From contig CAZCNP010000002.1 in NCBI GenBank assembly GCA_964500725.1, forward strand, positions 133,347 to 197,346: a DNA stretch of 64,000 bases, in the 5' to 3' direction. Positions 39,764 to 49,092 of this stretch are shown piece by piece. The notes under the pieces were generated by a model. The model saw only the letters and a list, made by a program, of their open reading frames with translations. It searched no databases and was not told the DNA's origin. Positions within the stretch are counted from its first letter, which is position 1, and every line of letters begins with the position of its first letter. Made by a program: the position numbers and the translations under genes. Origin of the DNA: an uncultured Gammaproteobacteria bacterium (GTDB lineage: Bacteria; Patescibacteriota; Microgenomatia; Daviesbacterales; UBA10151).

Positions 39764-40567
39764 ATGAGGAAGATTGATAAGAGAAAAGAATACTGGGATA
39801 ATAATTATCTCGTATACTGGAAAGATAGGGTAGATAAAAACTCTACTAACCCACTTTCCAAAACTGATATTCATCCTCCAAATGAGAAGATATTCATAAA
39901 ATATTTTGAAGCTGCCTTAGCTTTACAATCCGGGTCCAAAAAAAAGATATTAGACGTAGGATTGGGGTTTGGTAGATTTGTACCGATATATAGACCATAT
40001 TTTGATAAAAATATCTGGGGAATTGATATAGCTGATCAAATGATCCAAGAGGCTGGGAGAATTTACCATGAATTGAAAGAGCATTTTTATATTTCATCTT
40101 CAGAAAGGATGCCTTTTCCGAATAAAATGTTTTCATTTATCCTTTGCTGGGAAGTATTTGATGCAACTTTTCAAGATCAAACCCTTTGGGAATTTCAACG
40201 AGTACTTGAGCCAGGAGGAATTGTCTTAGTTACAGGAAAAAATAATAATTATAGTCCATTGGATGAAAAAGCTTATATCGCAGAGATTAATGCGAGGAAA
40301 AAAGGCCACCCCAATTTTTTTACTGATACAAAATTATTAATGAAAAATATAAGTAATTTTGGTTTTAAGGTAGAAAAGTTTTACCCCTTTAAATTAAGAG
40401 ATGATTTTTCGAAAGATAAAGTAGCCCCACGGAACAGTGAAGTTTTTTATCAATATATCCTTATTATTAAAAAAGTGAAAGATACTTTAAAAAAGAAACT
40501 TTCTTATAAAGTTGCTGATAAATATAGCTTTTCTTATAAAAGTAAAAATGCGAAAGTTAAGAAATAA
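39764..40567 (+). CDS. Class I SAM-dependent methyltransferase.
   Basis: ILDVGLGFGRF...FSFILCWEV. Confidence 0.5.
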   Translation: MRKIDKRKEYWDNNYLVYWKDRVDKNSTNPLSKTDIHPPNEKIFIKYFEAALALQSGSKKKILDVGLGFGRFVPIYRPYFDKNIWGIDIADQMIQEAGRIYHELKEHFYISSSERMPFPNKMFSFILCWEVFDATFQDQTLWEFQRVLEPGGIVLVTGKNNNYSPLDEKAYIAEINARKKGHPNFFTDTKLLMKNISNFGFKVEKFYPFKLRDDFSKDKVAPRNSEVFYQYILIIKKVKDTLKKKLSYKVADKYSFSYKSKNAKVKK

Positions 40568-41732
40568 AAGTATCAACAAAAGTATTACCTACTTGATCGT
40601 GAGCTGCAACTCCCATTTTTTTGCCGCTATCGCCTTTAATAAAATTATACTCCCAGCTTAATTCTTTGGTTTTAAACATTGGCAGCCAGCGATATAAATC
40701 CTGTGAATATTTAATTGCCAAAAAAGGCTGAGGATTAAAGAGAGGTTTATTGCTTTTAATTATTATTTTCTCAGAAGTTCTCTCAATACTTAAAAGAAGC
40801 TGCTTGCCTTTTTTAAAGTTACCTGTCAGCGAAACTGCTGCTGCTGCGGTTGTATAAAAATAATCAATATGGGTTTTTTTGGAAATTTCATTCAACCACT
40901 GCATGATCTGAACTATTGCTTCTGAATGATCACGGTAATCATGCTCAAAACCTGAAAAGATTACATCCTTTCCTTTATTTGCTTCTTCAAATGCTTCTTC
41001 AACATGAGCCTTTGTTATTACATGGGCTCCTGATTGTATATCAAGGCTTTTGACGATAAACCTTCTCATATCTTCCTCTTTAGTATGATCAGCAGCAGAT
41101 GGATGATAGAAAGTGAAACCGGGGGGGGCTTTTTTCCAACTTAAGATATCTTTTATTTTTCTACCATCTGCTTCTTCTTTTTCCCAATTTAAATCTTTGC
41201 AATTTCTGTTTGAATAATCAAAAGGAATCCATTGTTCAAGCCAGTTTGATTGCGTGTCATCTTCTATAGTTCCGCCGGATCTATAGGAAAGAGGGAAAAA
41301 TTCACGGTCAATCACGAGACGGCATAATACATTTTCATATTCACGGTTTTCAAACCAGTTTAAACCCCACTCATTTCCGATTCCTGACAAAGAAGGGTGG
41401 TGGTAATGCCATGCAATTTCATCACCATATTCTTTAAGCTTTGCACCCCATTTTTTTTTGTAATGATCGAAAACTTTATGGTAACCAAAATCATGAGAAA
41501 CAGGATTTGTTCTAAAACCTGTCCAATTGAGCATGAACCATGTAAAGATTGCAGACCCGTTTTTACTATCAGGGAAAGAAAAACGTAGTTTTTGAGAAAA
41601 CATTTTTGAAAGGAATTCTTTATCTATATCTTTCCAATTCTCGAGGAAATGAGTAATGCCTTTGTAATTTGGATCTTTTAGGGGTCCCTCGGTATCAATA
41701 CAAAATACAACAAAAACTTTTCCTTTTTTCAT
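40557..41732 (-). CDS. Hypothetical soluble protein (391 aa) inside the nonulosonate module.
   Basis: No confident motif. VFCIDTEGP and a His-rich WHYHH segment. Possibly a hydrolase or deacetylase-like step (a PseG/NeuC functional analog?). Confidence 0.3.
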   Translation of the reverse strand: MKKGKVFVVFCIDTEGPLKDPNYKGITHFLENWKDIDKEFLSKMFSQKLRFSFPDSKNGSAIFTWFMLNWTGFRTNPVSHDFGYHKVFDHYKKKWGAKLKEYGDEIAWHYHHPSLSGIGNEWGLNWFENREYENVLCRLVIDREFFPLSYRSGGTIEDDTQSNWLEQWIPFDYSNRNCKDLNWEKEEADGRKIKDILSWKKAPPGFTFYHPSAADHTKEEDMRRFIVKSLDIQSGAHVITKAHVEEAFEEANKGKDVIFSGFEHDYRDHSEAIVQIMQWLNEISKKTHIDYFYTTAAAAVSLTGNFKKGKQLLLSIERTSEKIIIKSNKPLFNPQPFLAIKYSQDLYRWLPMFKTKELSWEYNFIKGDSGKKMGVAAHDQVGNTFVDTFIS

Positions 41733-43156
41733 TTTTTTCTTTTTAATAATATTTTTCTAATAATTTTCAGGGTTTCTTCGTCAACGCTTGAATTAGTGGG
41801 AAAGTTCAAGCCTCTTGCTGAAATTTCTTTACTGTTTGTGTTTGAAAAAACATATTGTTTATAAATCTCCATATTTCCCAGTGGATAAAAGAAGGGTCTT
41901 GAGTCTACTTTTTTATTTTTTAACCTTTTTAACAAAGAATCTCTTCCCCTTTCATTTACAAGGGCTGAAACTAACCATGTAATTTTTTTTCTTTTAACAA
42001 GATTATCTGTCTGAAATTCTATTCCTTTAACTCCTTTTAAGGCTCTACGGTATTTATCTTCTATTTTTTGCCGGTTTGAAAGTATGTCCCCAACTCTTTC
42101 TATTTGTGCCAGTCCTATTGCCGCCTGCAAATTTGTCATTCTGTAATTATAGCCCACCATATCATGCCAGTATCTTTTTTTGGTACTCATTCCGTGATCT
42201 CTTAGAATTCTTATTTTTTTGGCTAATGCTTTAGAATTAGTTGTACACATCCCTCCCTCGCCTGTAGTAATAACTTTATTTCCATAAAAAGAAAAACATC
42301 CTATATGGCCGATTGATCCCACCTTTTTCCCGGCGTAGGTTGCCCCGTGTGCTTCTGCGCAATCTTCAATAACATAAAGTTTGTGTTTTTTTGCAATTTT
42401 CATAATTTTGTTCATTTCACAGGGTTGGCCGTAAAGATGAACAACAATAATAGCTTTTGTTTTTTTGGTAATAGCTTTTTCTATTTCTTTCGGATCGATA
42501 CACCAACAGGCAGAATTAATATCAACAATAACAGGTGTAGCATTTGTATAAAGAACACAATTGATTGTGGCTGCAAAAGTTAAGTCGGGTACTATTACTT
42601 CATCTCCTGCTTTTATTCCCAGAGCAGTTAATGCCAAATGAAGAGCTGCTGTGCCATTGGAAACGGCAATGCCGTATTTACATTCACAAAAATCAGCAAA
42701 TTTTTCTTCGAATTCTGTAATATAAGTTCCACGGCTGGATATCCATGAGGAAATAAAGGCATCAATGAGGTATTTGAGTTCATTACCCCCCAGCTCAGGA
42801 CTTGCAACAGGTATAAAAATTCGGTTATCAAGTTCATAGAACTTTTGATAAATGAAGTTTTCATCTACTATAGGAATGATTCTGATTTTTTCGTTTGTCA
42901 TCCCGATTATTTTTTTCGGGTCATCATTAATTGTTGCGTATGTGAAGCGTTTATTCATAATTTCTTTAACAGGAGCTTCTAATGTAGTTTTCTTTATAAT
43001 CAATTTTCTGATATCGCCATCAGTTAATATGCCGCAGAGTTTATTATTGTTATCAATAATGAATGTTACGCCTTTGCCGTTATTCTTTATAACCTGTAGC
43101 GCATCAAACAAAGTGTTTTCTATATTACATAGCAGGGGATCAGAATTTCTTTTCAT
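41729..43156 (-). CDS. CBS-pair domain fused to a DegT-family PLP-dependent aminotransferase.
   Basis: N-terminal ~110 aa has a CBS-like pattern (LCGILTDGDIRK...). Then LGGNELKYL...GTAALHLALTALGIKAGDEVIVPDLTFAAT and FSFYGNKVITTGEGG (Lys retained). Confidence 0.75.
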   Translation of the reverse strand: MKRNSDPLLCNIENTLFDALQVIKNNGKGVTFIIDNNNKLCGILTDGDIRKLIIKKTTLEAPVKEIMNKRFTYATINDDPKKIIGMTNEKIRIIPIVDENFIYQKFYELDNRIFIPVASPELGGNELKYLIDAFISSWISSRGTYITEFEEKFADFCECKYGIAVSNGTAALHLALTALGIKAGDEVIVPDLTFAATINCVLYTNATPVIVDINSACWCIDPKEIEKAITKKTKAIIVVHLYGQPCEMNKIMKIAKKHKLYVIEDCAEAHGATYAGKKVGSIGHIGCFSFYGNKVITTGEGGMCTTNSKALAKKIRILRDHGMSTKKRYWHDMVGYNYRMTNLQAAIGLAQIERVGDILSNRQKIEDKYRRALKGVKGIEFQTDNLVKRKKITWLVSALVNERGRDSLLKRLKNKKVDSRPFFYPLGNMEIYKQYVFSNTNSKEISARGLNFPTNSSVDEETLKIIRKILLKRKK

Positions 43157-44211
43157 AGTTCTATAATCTGGTTCTTCTCAAAATCTTTTCTTGCTTTATG
43201 ATTGAAAACAGATCTGAAGCGGATAGGAGATATGCCTATGCCGCCTGTTCTTTTGGCTATAATATTCTTTTCGCTCATTAATTCTCCTTTTGCAATTGGA
43301 CATAAGGCAACTAGGCACTTTTGCATCATTTTTCTATTTTCTATCTCAGAGGCAGTGGGAGATTTTTCACTCCTACCCATGAATTTTTCAACCCTTCTTA
43401 TCTCTGTAACAAGTTTTTTAAGTTCAATAGGAGAAAGAGAAGCTTTATGATCCGGCCCCGGCATTGACTTATCAAGAGTGAAGTGCTTTTCTATTACCTT
43501 TGCTCCCATGGCAACTGCATAAGGAGCCGCTCCAAGATAGATTGAGTGATCAGAATAACCAGTGAGAATATTGAATTTTTGCTGAAATAATGTCAAAACA
43601 TTAAGATTCATTTCATCATCTTTGACGGGGTAATCAGAAGTACAGTGAAGTAATAATACTGCTTTATTAAATTTAGAAATTTCAGTAAGTGCTGTTTTTA
43701 TTTCTGAGAGAAAACTCATTCCGGTTGATAATATAATCGGTTTATTTTTTTTAGCGACTTTTATTAAGTAAGGAATATTAGTGGTGTCAGTAGATGAAAT
43801 CTTATAAGCAGACAAATTTAAATCATCTAATTCTTCCAGGCTGTCTTCATCGAAAGGGGTAGTCAAAAAGATAATTCCTTTTCCGTCACAGTATTTCTTC
43901 AGTTCTATGTTTTGTTGTTTGTTTAACTCCAGCTTCTTTAACATTTGGAATTGAGACTCGGCTTTGCCTGTTCTTTTTTGATAATTAGCTTTAGAAACGT
44001 TTTCCAATATCAAACTTTCAGTTTTAAATGCCTGGAATTTAACTGCATTTACACCTGCTTCAGAAGCTTTATCAATCAGTTTTTTAGCAAGGTTAATATC
44101 TCCGTTATGATTTACCCCTGCTTCTGCAATAATAAAAACCTCTGAATCCCGGGAAATTTCGAATCTACCAATTTTAATCTGTTTGTCAAAATTCATACTA
44201 TTTATAACCAT
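43153..44211 (-). CDS. Nonulosonic acid synthase, NeuB/PseI/LegI family (PEP-condensing). Includes a C-terminal SAF domain.
   Basis: FIIAEAGVNHNGDINLAKKLIDKA...VKFQ...YKISS...ILSTGMS and a C-terminal SAF-like region. Confidence 0.8.
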   Translation of the reverse strand: MVINSMNFDKQIKIGRFEISRDSEVFIIAEAGVNHNGDINLAKKLIDKASEAGVNAVKFQAFKTESLILENVSKANYQKRTGKAESQFQMLKKLELNKQQNIELKKYCDGKGIIFLTTPFDEDSLEELDDLNLSAYKISSTDTTNIPYLIKVAKKNKPIILSTGMSFLSEIKTALTEISKFNKAVLLLHCTSDYPVKDDEMNLNVLTLFQQKFNILTGYSDHSIYLGAAPYAVAMGAKVIEKHFTLDKSMPGPDHKASLSPIELKKLVTEIRRVEKFMGRSEKSPTASEIENRKMMQKCLVALCPIAKGELMSEKNIIAKRTGGIGISPIRFRSVFNHKARKDFEKNQIIEL

Positions 44212-44968
44212 TGAATTCTAACAATTTTAATTGTTGATAGTAAAGCTCCATTTTTCCCCTTTTTTCCAGTAAATATTTTAAGGCCATTTTCCTTTTAATT
44301 TTATTTATGATATAAATCATTTGTTTTTCTTTACGAAATTTTTTTACTTTTACATCCGGATTTTCGATTTCAGTTACGTCTATTTCTAAAGGATTTCTGA
44401 TTACATCAATATATTTAAAACCGTTATTCGTATAAACCTGCAAACCGGCCTTATTTTTCAGATCTGTTGTTAGTTCGACAGCATCATTTTTATAATATGC
44501 TGCAATTGTCTGCAGGATTTTTATCGCTATACTTCCGAGTCCCAGGTTTTGATATTTATCGGCAATAGCCAGCCCCATTTCTGAGACCCGAAGAACATTT
44601 TTTTGAAAATTTTTGTTATTGATTTTCCATAAAAAGAAATGCCCGATGATATCTTCACCCTTTTTAATAACAAATGAGGCATCTATCTTTTTTTCTTCTT
44701 TTTCAATTGCAAAGAGTAAAGCAGTTATTAGTTTTTTTTTATCATCCCAAGGATAAGGACAAAATAAGTCCCTGCTTTTTTTACTTAGAATATCTTTGAA
44801 TTTGAGTAAAGCTTCCAGATCACTCCTTTCAAGATTTTTAATTAGATAGCTTGCTTTTTCATCACCGATCTCCAATTGGAAATTCCAGGCGCTTAAGATA
44901 CCTTTGTTTTTGAAGAGATATCTATTTTTTTTCTTTTGAATATCCAAAACATTTTGACTTAGAATCAT
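44198..44968 (-). CDS. GNAT-family N-acetyltransferase-like. Candidate PseH/LegH-type acetyltransferase.
   Basis: LGLGSIAIKILQTIAAYY (GNAT motif A-like Q/RxxGxG/A). Context next to NeuB-like. Confidence 0.4.
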   Translation of the reverse strand: MILSQNVLDIQKKKNRYLFKNKGILSAWNFQLEIGDEKASYLIKNLERSDLEALLKFKDILSKKSRDLFCPYPWDDKKKLITALLFAIEKEEKKIDASFVIKKGEDIIGHFFLWKINNKNFQKNVLRVSEMGLAIADKYQNLGLGSIAIKILQTIAAYYKNDAVELTTDLKNKAGLQVYTNNGFKYIDVIRNPLEIDVTEIENPDVKVKKFRKEKQMIYIINKIKRKMALKYLLEKRGKMELYYQQLKLLEFNGYK

Positions 44969-44996
44969 GTAATATAATTATAGAATTATAACACCT

Positions 44997-46127
44997 ATGA
45001 CTTCTCAATCATCAGAAAACATACATTCCGAAATCTACCTTCCTTCTATCGGAAGATCAAATCATGACTTAAGGAAAAGAATTCAGCTTCTACAAGATTT
45101 AAACAGCCTGAAAACTAAAACAGGACTTATGCTCTTACTTTTGTCACAAGAAGATTTAGAAGAAAAGGCGATAAAAAAGGTACTTAGTAATCTTAAAATA
45201 TTTGCAAAAGAACAAAAACAGCTGAAAATATTTTTTATGCATCCGAATAAACCGCTTTCCGGAAAAAAAAGACTAAACTTTTTGGACAATAGTGATTGGT
45301 CGATGAAGTATGTAAAAAAATCTATAGATCTTTGTTTTTCAATCCAGGAGGAAATAAATTCTGATTGGGGAAAGCTTTTAACTTTTCATTTAAATACTTT
45401 AATCCCCCCTTCCCTTTGGAGGAATGATAAACAATACTGGGACAATCAGTTTTTAAAAGTGTACGAAAACTTAAAGGATCTTTCAGATTATGCTAATTCT
45501 AAAAAAGTAACTTTAGCTGTTGAAACTACGCCAATCCCTGAATTTGGGGATATTGCAGCAGAACAGAATAATTATTTGCATGATTATAAATGTTATTGGC
45601 CTGATCTAGGTAATCCATGGCCTTTATTTTTTTGGAGAGATGAAATTTCAATGTTAAGGAAAGCTGGTTATTCAATTGTGATTGATTGGAGCCATTCTTA
45701 TATCGCGCTCTCGACACTTAAAAATTTAGGCAAACTGAAGGACAAAGAGAAAGTTATTAAAAAATATATGATTTATCAGACAGATATTGAGCTTGCAAAG
45801 AGTTTTAAAAGTTTTGTAGATTTAATCTGCAATGATACAGAAAAAGGAGATGTTTGGCATGTAAATAATTCCAGAGGGAGCTACAAGTATAAAGATATAT
45901 ACGGAAAAGAAGAAATATTTTATGAGGGAGTTAGTTTGGATGAGGGTGAGATTTCAGGTAAAGAGATAAATGAATTATTAACCTGGGGTTTGGATAATAA
46001 AATTAAAATTGTTATTGAGGTAAATGAAACGGATTTTAATAAGAATGAAAATACAAAAAAATCTCTGGAGGTTATCAGAAAAATTATTTCTAGTAAATTT
46101 TCTCAGTCAAACCGACGATTTTTTTAA
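44997..46127 (+). CDS. Hypothetical protein.
   Basis: 376 aa ORF with coding-like composition and no recognised motif. Confidence 0.3.
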   Translation: MTSQSSENIHSEIYLPSIGRSNHDLRKRIQLLQDLNSLKTKTGLMLLLLSQEDLEEKAIKKVLSNLKIFAKEQKQLKIFFMHPNKPLSGKKRLNFLDNSDWSMKYVKKSIDLCFSIQEEINSDWGKLLTFHLNTLIPPSLWRNDKQYWDNQFLKVYENLKDLSDYANSKKVTLAVETTPIPEFGDIAAEQNNYLHDYKCYWPDLGNPWPLFFWRDEISMLRKAGYSIVIDWSHSYIALSTLKNLGKLKDKEKVIKKYMIYQTDIELAKSFKSFVDLICNDTEKGDVWHVNNSRGSYKYKDIYGKEEIFYEGVSLDEGEISGKEINELLTWGLDNKIKIVIEVNETDFNKNENTKKSLEVIRKIISSKFSQSNRRFF

Positions 46128-47091
46128 ATTCCTCTTTCGTTTTAATAGCATTTAGACCGAAGTATTCATCCGCTACTTCTTTTTGTTTCTTGTTAATTTT
46201 AAAATTAACCTCAGAAAAAGCTTTGATAATATCATTGTATGGTTTTGAAGAAAAATAGTCCTGGGCAAAGTTTGACCACTCTTTGTTTGCTCTGAATTTT
46301 GGAAATTTATAAAAAATAATATGAGGTTTATTCAAATAAACGCAATAACTCACATGCGTTCCGGCATCATTTGATATCGAGAGATCGGAAACCTCTATTA
46401 TGCTTTTAAGGCGGGGCAGGAACAAGGGATCAAGAATATGTCCGGCTGTAACGCATTCAAAACCAAGTCTTTGATAATATTTATGAAAGCCCAATAGAAT
46501 GTCAGTCCAATACAGGCACACTCTAATACTTTTATAACCTTTTGAAATCTCTTTGACTTTGTTTAAAAACCAGTTTTTATCGTGTTTAATAATTAAATAA
46601 TTTACAGAATGTCCCGGGAATAAGATAATATTTTTTCCTAAACGTTTTCTTTCTGAGGCAATTTTTTCTTTTGTGTAAAAGCTTTCAGCATAGTGTATAA
46701 AAGGTCCGATATCAAAAGATCTTTTGCCATATTTTTCAATTACTCCCTTCCTAAATTTGCTGTGGGTAATACAGGAAGGAAGGCCGGATTCGAATTCGAT
46801 ATTAAAAATTTTATCAGTTAAATGAAGCCCATGTTCAATTATGAATTTAAACTGGTATTCATCAGCAAGGCCGAGGAATTTCTTAAAAACCTTGGCGTGT
46901 CCATACCAGTCGTTAGGTTTGTTAATCTCATTTGTGAATGGGGAAAAGAGGTTAATTTTTTTTGATAAAGGTTCAATATCTGTTAAATCTAAATTAGATC
47001 TCCTTGCAATCTGTGTATTATAGTTAAATTTACTAACAGGATTTCTGTTTACAAAAAAAAGAGATCTTCTTACAAATTTTTTGTAATTCAT
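46090..47091 (-). CDS. Hypothetical protein. Candidate unrecognised transferase.
   Basis: 333 aa ORF. It overlaps the 3' end of the convergent ORF by 38 nt, so one of the two ends may be mis-set. Confidence 0.3.
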   Translation of the reverse strand: MNYKKFVRRSLFFVNRNPVSKFNYNTQIARRSNLDLTDIEPLSKKINLFSPFTNEINKPNDWYGHAKVFKKFLGLADEYQFKFIIEHGLHLTDKIFNIEFESGLPSCITHSKFRKGVIEKYGKRSFDIGPFIHYAESFYTKEKIASERKRLGKNIILFPGHSVNYLIIKHDKNWFLNKVKEISKGYKSIRVCLYWTDILLGFHKYYQRLGFECVTAGHILDPLFLPRLKSIIEVSDLSISNDAGTHVSYCVYLNKPHIIFYKFPKFRANKEWSNFAQDYFSSKPYNDIIKAFSEVNFKINKKQKEVADEYFGLNAIKTKEEFKKIVGLTEKIY

Positions 47092-47098
47092 TCAATTT

Positions 47099-48046
47099 TC
47101 ATCTTCCTTTCAGAATTTTGTCATACCAAACAAGATTTCGGCAGTGTTCATTTATTGTACAGAGGGTTTTTTTATCCGTTAGAAATGACGCTACTTCCTT
47201 AAACAATCCTGCTTTAAATTCCGTATCCAATTTATCATTTAAGTCAATATCTGTAATATTAAAGCTGCCGTGTTTTTGAGTCTGCAGTTTTTCCAAGGGG
47301 CGGAAAATCAAACGGTGATTTTTCATCATTAATTCAATTCCCCATCTTCCGGGCGCAAGCCAATTTGCATGATAAGTAAAAGGAGTTTTTTGATTTGTTG
47401 TTCCAAAACCGGTAAAAATTGCTCCACCGGGGTGCCACGGAAGAGAAGCATAAGTATTTGCAGTTAGAGTCTGTGGACTTCCTGCCAAAAAGAAAGCAAG
47501 ATCCATAACATGAGAAGAATTATGCAATATCCATTGTTCTTTTATTTCTTTTGAGAAAGGAAGAGCAGCTATAGTTGCAGATACTTCGGTAAAGTCAAAA
47601 TGAAAAGATAAAACTCCACCGTCTTTGTGGATAATTTGGCGGGCCTTCGTAACAGATGAATAAAATCTGCGATTGTAACCAAGAAAAACCTGAGCCGATT
47701 TTTTTTGCGATTCATCCCTAACCAGTTCAATCTCCGCTTTATTAAGCCCGCCTGGTTTTTCAAGCAATATGGATTTGATGCCGTGTCTTATCAGGGAAAT
47801 GCATACTTCCCCCAATTGATCGCCTGTTACTGCCACTATAGCTTTCCAGTCTTTATAATCTCCCTTGGAGAGAAATGATTTTGCCCCTCCTGAGATAGGT
47901 GAGATTCCTGACTTTTCCCTAAAAATCCTTGCCGATTTTTCACCTCTTCCTATTACTAAAATATCATGATTTTGGGATTTTAATACTTTAAAAAATTCAT
48001 AAGCCATCCAACCTGTTCCGAAAAGGAGAATCTTAGACTTTTTCAT
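47099..48046 (-). CDS. Gfo/Idh/MocA-like oxidoreductase (divergent).
   Basis: N-terminal KILLFGTGWMAYEF Rossmann-like motif and LLEKPG (EKP motif). Confidence 0.45.
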   Translation of the reverse strand: MKKSKILLFGTGWMAYEFFKVLKSQNHDILVIGRGEKSARIFREKSGISPISGGAKSFLSKGDYKDWKAIVAVTGDQLGEVCISLIRHGIKSILLEKPGGLNKAEIELVRDESQKKSAQVFLGYNRRFYSSVTKARQIIHKDGGVLSFHFDFTEVSATIAALPFSKEIKEQWILHNSSHVMDLAFFLAGSPQTLTANTYASLPWHPGGAIFTGFGTTNQKTPFTYHANWLAPGRWGIELMMKNHRLIFRPLEKLQTQKHGSFNITDIDLNDKLDTEFKAGLFKEVASFLTDKKTLCTINEHCRNLVWYDKILKGR

Positions 48047-48048
48047 AA

Positions 48049-49068
48049 TTATGTAAAAGGATAAAGTTTATATTTTTTTTGGCTATTCTTATTAAGAAAT
48101 TTCAGGAGCGGGTTTAAAATATCCAGATGCATTTTTATCGATACGGCAAAAGGAGTTAATTTACAAGAACCGTTTTTCAAGAGGTCGGAAACTACCAGGT
48201 TTGTCATCTGGCTCTGATATAAAATTGGGGTTTTCTCCAAATTCCATTTCCAGTTTGTTTCAGAACTGGAAATAAATGATTTATTTTCATCAGCTCTTAT
48301 TAAACAGCGGTATGTTTGGGATAAAATCTCAATAGTAAAAGGAACATTACCGTTCGGATAATTAGTAAAAGATCCTGAACTGCCATTTTTAAAATAAACA
48401 TTTAAAGTACCAGTTAATTCCAGAAACCCTTTTCTTTTACTTTCAATTGGTAGGGTGTCCAAGCAGCTGGTATCCAAAGTAAAATCATAACAATTAGTTA
48501 AGTAGGCCATATGATCAATGTAGTGTATAGAGTTAGTGGCCAGACCCTGTTGACTGGAGTTTACAATATAAGTAAGAGGATTATTATTAAAGTGTTTTTT
48601 TAAATCTGCATAAAAAGGAGTGGTCCGCATATTGCAATTTACCCAGGCTTCACATTCTTTTGCAGCGAGCAAATTTTTTATGTCATTATAATCCTGATAT
48701 TTTTGGAAAAGCAGTTTTTCAAAAATTATATATTTCACTTTTGATAAACTTAACAACTGCTTTGTAACAGCCCCCCGTACGTCTGCAGTTGTGGCTATGA
48801 TTGCTATGTCTAGCATATTAGAAATTTCTTTTATATCTAACAAGTAACTTAGCTGGTGTCTGTTATGAGTTTGGATCTGATCGTAAGTTTTCTTGGCTTC
48901 TTTTAATGAATTTTCGGAAGGATCAATTACTTCAATAGAAAGCGATTCTTTAATGTCTGCTAAGGCTTGTAAATGCCTTCTGCCGATATTTCCTGCTCCA
49001 ATTATACAAATTTTCTTTAACATGGAAATACTATACCATAAATCCCGTTTCAAGCTATAGATAATCAC
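48049..49068 (-). CDS. Gfo/Idh/MocA-family oxidoreductase.
   Basis: KICIIGAGNIGRRHLQAL and IFEKLL. Confidence 0.5.
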   Translation of the reverse strand: MIIYSLKRDLWYSISMLKKICIIGAGNIGRRHLQALADIKESLSIEVIDPSENSLKEAKKTYDQIQTHNRHQLSYLLDIKEISNMLDIAIIATTADVRGAVTKQLLSLSKVKYIIFEKLLFQKYQDYNDIKNLLAAKECEAWVNCNMRTTPFYADLKKHFNNNPLTYIVNSSQQGLATNSIHYIDHMAYLTNCYDFTLDTSCLDTLPIESKRKGFLELTGTLNVYFKNGSSGSFTNYPNGNVPFTIEILSQTYRCLIRADENKSFISSSETNWKWNLEKTPILYQSQMTNLVVSDLLKNGSCKLTPFAVSIKMHLDILNPLLKFLNKNSQKKYKLYPFT

Positions 49069-49092
49069 TATTTAGTTAGTTATACTAAGAAA

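Noticed and set aside
46090-46127. The 38-nt convergent overlap between hypothetical ORFs 44997-46127(+) and 46090-47091(-), as evidence that one of them is not real.
   Set aside because: Both ORFs are long (376 and 333 aa) with coding-like composition, and short convergent overlaps occur in compact genomes. The evidence is insufficient to discard either, so both are kept at low confidence.
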